Assembly (NCBI GenBank): GCA_002269645.1
Contig: NIVC01001801.1
Span: 1-41,222, forward strand
From: Macrostomum lignano
Lineage: Eukaryota
Reading direction: 5' to 3'
Length of the DNA stretch: 41,222 bases
The translations under genes were made by a program, and so were the position numbers. Positions within the stretch are counted from its first letter, which is position 1. Each line of letters starts with the position of its first letter. Below are positions 37,701 through 41,222 of the stretch, piece by piece. The notes under the pieces are model-generated. The model saw only the letters and a program-made list of their open reading frames with translations, searched no databases and was not told the DNA's origin.

Positions 37701-39090
37701 GAAGGAAATTCTAAAGTTCCAAGTAAAAATGTTCCAGCAAAGTTCAAGACAGCACATGTAAATTTCCAGGAAGAAAAGCCGAATTCGAAGCCACTCTTAG
37801 AATTAAAAAAACAGCCACGGCTCACCAGTGCATCAGCCTGGCAGCGGTCGGACAGGCCCTCAGGCCGCGCCATAGCAACCAGTCACGCGACGCTCTGAGC
37901 TCTGGCAGCCGCACGAGGTTCAACGGTCCGCGCCGCCGCAGTCGGCCAGTCGGCTGGCACGCCGGTCTCTGCTGCCGCTGCAGCCGCCGCCCTCGCACCA
38001 CGGCTGAAGAGGCCGCAAAGTTGCCGCCGAGGCCCGGGGGCCGCTGAGCCGGTAGCTGTAGCCGCCACAGCCTGGCTGCTCGGCCGCCGCTTTAGCCAAC
38101 ACCTGGTTGGGCGATGCCTGACGGATTCGGCTAGCAACGCCGGAGTCAGGTCGCAGAGTAGACGAGGCTGACAGTCACCGTTTCCAATACCTATTTAAGG
38201 CAGCGCATTTTGAGAGAAACCGCTCGAAATACGTTATAAAAAATTACTCCGTTTCTAAAATGGTTTTAAAGGCTTAAATGTTTGCAAAAGAAATACCCTG
38301 TATTATTGTTGTGACGCTGTAGCAACGAAGTATTTACAGCTTTTTTGTATTAATAGCCTGTTAATTTTAATTGGTAATTTCATAAAAATCGCATTATCAG
38401 CATCACACTCATTTTACTCTCAAAAAATTATGCCGCAAAACAACATTTGTTTAATAAAGTTAGGCAAAATACGAGTAGTTACAAAAAATCTACAGTAGCA
38501 TAATTAAGAATTCTAATTTTGACGTATAAAAATAACTCTCTTACTATAATGGAAAATATAAAAAGTCTCACCGACAGCGTTCGCAAAGGCCGGCAGGGCC
38601 CGCCCGGCCAAGGCGCCGGTGGACAGACATCCGAGGTCGACAACATCGGCATTGGCATGGCGCGAGACGCCTGGCCAAGGCCAGAGTACCGCAGGCGTCG
38701 ACGCGGCAGCAGCCCACTCGGCGTCGACGTCGGAGTTGACCTCGCCGCCGTCGTCGCCCTCGCATTCGTTGTCGTCGCCGAACCAGACGGCTACGCCGGC
38801 AACTCGCAGTCCGTGGCGTCTGGCGGCGGCGCCAGCAGGCGGGGCGCCTCTTCGGGCCGGGCGCCCAGCCGGTGGCAGCGGGGCGATGCGGCCAGCAGAA
38901 GCAGCAGCTCGACGTCCGGCCAAGCCGCGGCTAGGCGGGCCAGCTCCGGCTCCGAGTCGAATACGGTGACGCCGACGCCAAGGCGACGAGCGTGCCTGGC
39001 CAGGCCGCGAGTTTTGCACGGGTTGGCCAGCAGGATGGCGTGGCCCGGGACTCCGGCGGACACGGCAGCGTTTAGGTCGGACTGCTCAAT

Positions 39091-39455
39091 CAAGGTCAAT
39101 TGGGACAATTGAAGGTCAATTGGGAACAATTGAAGGTTAATTGGGGCAATTGAAGGTCAATTGGGACAATTGAATGTCAATTGGGACAATTGAATGTCAA
39201 TTGCGGACAATTGAAGGTCAATTGGACAATTGAAGGTCAATTGGGACAATTGAAGGTCACATTGGGACAATTGAAGGTCAATTGGACAATTGAAGGTCAA
39301 TTGGGACAATTGAAGGTCAATTGGGACAATTGAAGGTCAATTGGGACAATTGAAGGTCAATTAGGACAATTGAAGGTCAATTAGGACAATTGAAGGTCAA
39401 TTGGGACAATTATGGTCAATTGGGACAATAAAGGTCAATTTGATCAATTAAGGTC
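39091..39455. repeat. 20-bp minisatellite (GAAGGTCAATTGGGACAATT)n
   Basis: About 18 units; on the gene's (-) strand the array ends only 6 nt upstream of the acceptor CAG at 39084-39082. Confidence 0.96.
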
Positions 39456-39486
39456 AAGTAACGTGGGCGAAGTACACGTCAGGTCA

Positions 39487-39560
39487 ACTCGGAATAATAT
39501 TTGTGTGCCCTGAGCAAGACACTTAACTCTGAATTGCTTCAATTACTACTATTATTATTA
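39487..39560 (+). mobile_element. SINE family 1 fragment
   Basis: actcggaataatatttgtgtgccctgagcaagacacttaactctgaattgcttca matches the SINE1 core. Confidence 0.75.
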
Positions 39561-40073
39561 TAGGCAAATAAGGTCAAAGACAGGTTATTTTAACCGTCAG
39601 CCTCACCTTAGAGTAGGCCCGAAAGGACCAGCGGCCGCTGAGAGCCAACACGTGGGTCAGTGGCCAGCTGCCCAGAGTCTGGGCGCTGGTTGACGCGTGC
39701 ACGCCGGGGAAACCGGCTGCACCAGTCGGCGCAGACAGCGCTGGGGCTGGCAAGTCGCAGGCCACAACGGCTGATCGCATTGCTCAAGATTGGGCAGGTG
39801 AGGCGCCAGAGCACATCCAATTGGTGGGCAAACTGCCGGTGTTGGGCTGAGAGCAGGTGCTGCTGCTGAGGCTGCTGATGCTCAGTTGCGATTCTCTCAT
39901 CAGGTAAATAACACAAAAACAACGCTAAACTTGCTACTGATCTAAATTAAGTCTTTGTTAGTAGTATGACATGTATATGATGCGCAAGTATAAAAAATTA
40001 AATCTGATTGATTGCAACAGACAATGGAGGCGATAAAATATTTAAGAGGAAACACTCAAAAAAACAGAAAAAG

Positions 40074-40187
40074 TCAACAATCCAGAGTCAAGTGCCAACA
40101 CGGATCAGGGTCCCAAGGTGGGACTCGATTGTGATCAGCTAGCACTAGGCGCCGGCAGGCACTCAGGCGGCTCTGCGATGCGTCCAC
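40074..40187 (-). promoter_or_regulatory. 3' exon of a putative uCC-type regulatory uORF (PPW stall motif) upstream of the ODC/AZIN-like gene
   Basis: After acceptor CCCGCAG|GTG (40187) the frame reads VDASQSRLSACRRLVLADHNRVPPWDPDPCWHLTLDC* (PPW at 40121-40113, TGA at 40076-40074). It lies on the same strand about 170 nt upstream of the first ODC-like ATG (39900). Confidence 0.7.
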
Positions 40188-41222
40188 CTGCGGGCAGCGG
40201 GGCAGATGATGGGGAGTGATTCATGCGTGTGGGCTGTGCCACATTATGGCTTTTTCAGCAAATGAGTTATTATAAAATAATTTAAGAATTAAAATAACAT
40301 AGGCCCTCATCGAAACATTTTTCATTTCAATCTTTCAGTGTTTGTGTTATGCTTTTATGCAGTGTATTTTAATGCTTCTATGTAATTTGTTGCACTTTTG
40401 GGCTATTTTTGTGGTCTATGTTGCATGTCTATAGATTGTCTATAGATTTTTCAAACTTATTCCAATATGGAACTACACAATATACATATGGTAGCAAACA
40501 TGTCTATTGGTTAAGTCTATAACCCAATAGAAGACTCGAGTTCCTCCTAAAAAAGCTTTAAAGCTATAAAATTTCTATGGCACCAAGTCTGACAGTTGGG
40601 TGAAGATGGGTCGAATTAGTCAGTGGTTAGTCAATATGGGGTATATATAAGACTTATGGTTGATGTCTGTCAGTTCATCTGTTACTCTTTTTGTCTGCCA
40701 CAAAATATTTATTACAACATTAGCATTATGATATTAGAATGAGATAGCAATAGATAAACTCTTTTTAATATTAGTGATAACAAGCAACTAATATTTATTA
40801 GAAGTATAAGCATATCTAAAAAATATTTACCATAATTTTTTGTTTATATTTTTATTAACCTGGCTATCTGTCAATCATCTATCAAATATAAGCCTAACAG
40901 ATAAATTATGAATGCAATAAATCATCTAATTAAAGACATTGAGTTTTATGGACTAGAAGATTGGTTAAAATTAAAATTGTCTCCTATTGGATATGTAGTA
41001 GGGCATAGTTTAGGGGCAGAATTTAGACAGGACAAATATGCTTTATACTACTGTCAGTAGTTTTGGCCAGCGAAGGTAATTATGATGGGGGTAAACCGCG
41101 AATTTTTGGGCTCTCTACTAATATAGAACAGTTGGGCCTCCTAGAAAAGAAAGCCTGTCTGAACACCCATGCTGCATTCCGCAGCTCAACTTAGAATTTA
41201 AGGAAGTTAAGGTAAAAGGGAT

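Larger units (their letters stand above)
36915..39900 (-). pseudogene. Ornithine decarboxylase homologue lacking the PLP lysine (antizyme-inhibitor-like); multiple frameshifts as assembled
   Basis: Exon ~39900-39607: VVACDL...WCSRFPGV...VLALSGRWSFRAYSK|, matching ODC FYVADL...WLKALPRV...TLAATGTGFDCASK. Exon 39081-38572: SDLNAAVSAGVPGHAILLANPCK...VTVFDSEPEL...GARPEEA...GLRVAGVAV...VVDLG. Exon 38167-37826: LLAESVRH, VLAK, YSYRL, GLGGNF, ADCGGADR, RLPEL...DWLLW. Probable last exon 36987-36915. Several single-base frame changes are required, so this is either a pseudogene or a consensus error. Confidence 0.8.

Noticed and set aside
38791-38835. Antizyme-style programmed ribosomal frameshift in the ODC-like gene
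   Set aside because: There is no UCC-UGA or slippery site, many other indels occur in the same gene, and programmed frameshifting is a feature of antizyme rather than ODC/AZI.

Overview
This is intron-rich eukaryotic (animal) DNA with GC-rich exons and AT-rich, minisatellite-filled introns. The style suggests a free-living flatworm such as Macrostomum, but that is inference only. Five protein-coding loci could be spliced by hand using GT/AG sites and reading phase: (1) the 3' part of a transglutaminase (+, 555-5271); (2) an orphan class A GPCR (-, 8514-6087; one -1 indel); (3) an NPY/NPF-type neuropeptide receptor (+, 13134-17005; intact, 458 aa); (4) a mixed-lineage kinase with SH3, kinase, leucine zipper and CRIB domains (-, 32847-20016; 7 exons, 1106 aa); (5) a frameshift-ridden ornithine decarboxylase homologue that lacks the PLP lysine (-, ~39900-36915). 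Upstream of locus 5 is a short reading frame ending D-x-N-x-x-PPW-DP (40187-40074). It resembles the polyamine-sensing upstream conserved coding region (uCC) of ODC/antizyme-inhibitor mRNAs and is the most interesting signal in the window. Mobile DNA includes two tRNA-derived SINE families, a decayed Chapaev/CMC-type DNA transposon, a mariner fragment and a MITE. About 20 unrelated tandem arrays are also present. There is no CRISPR array, rRNA or intact tRNA gene.
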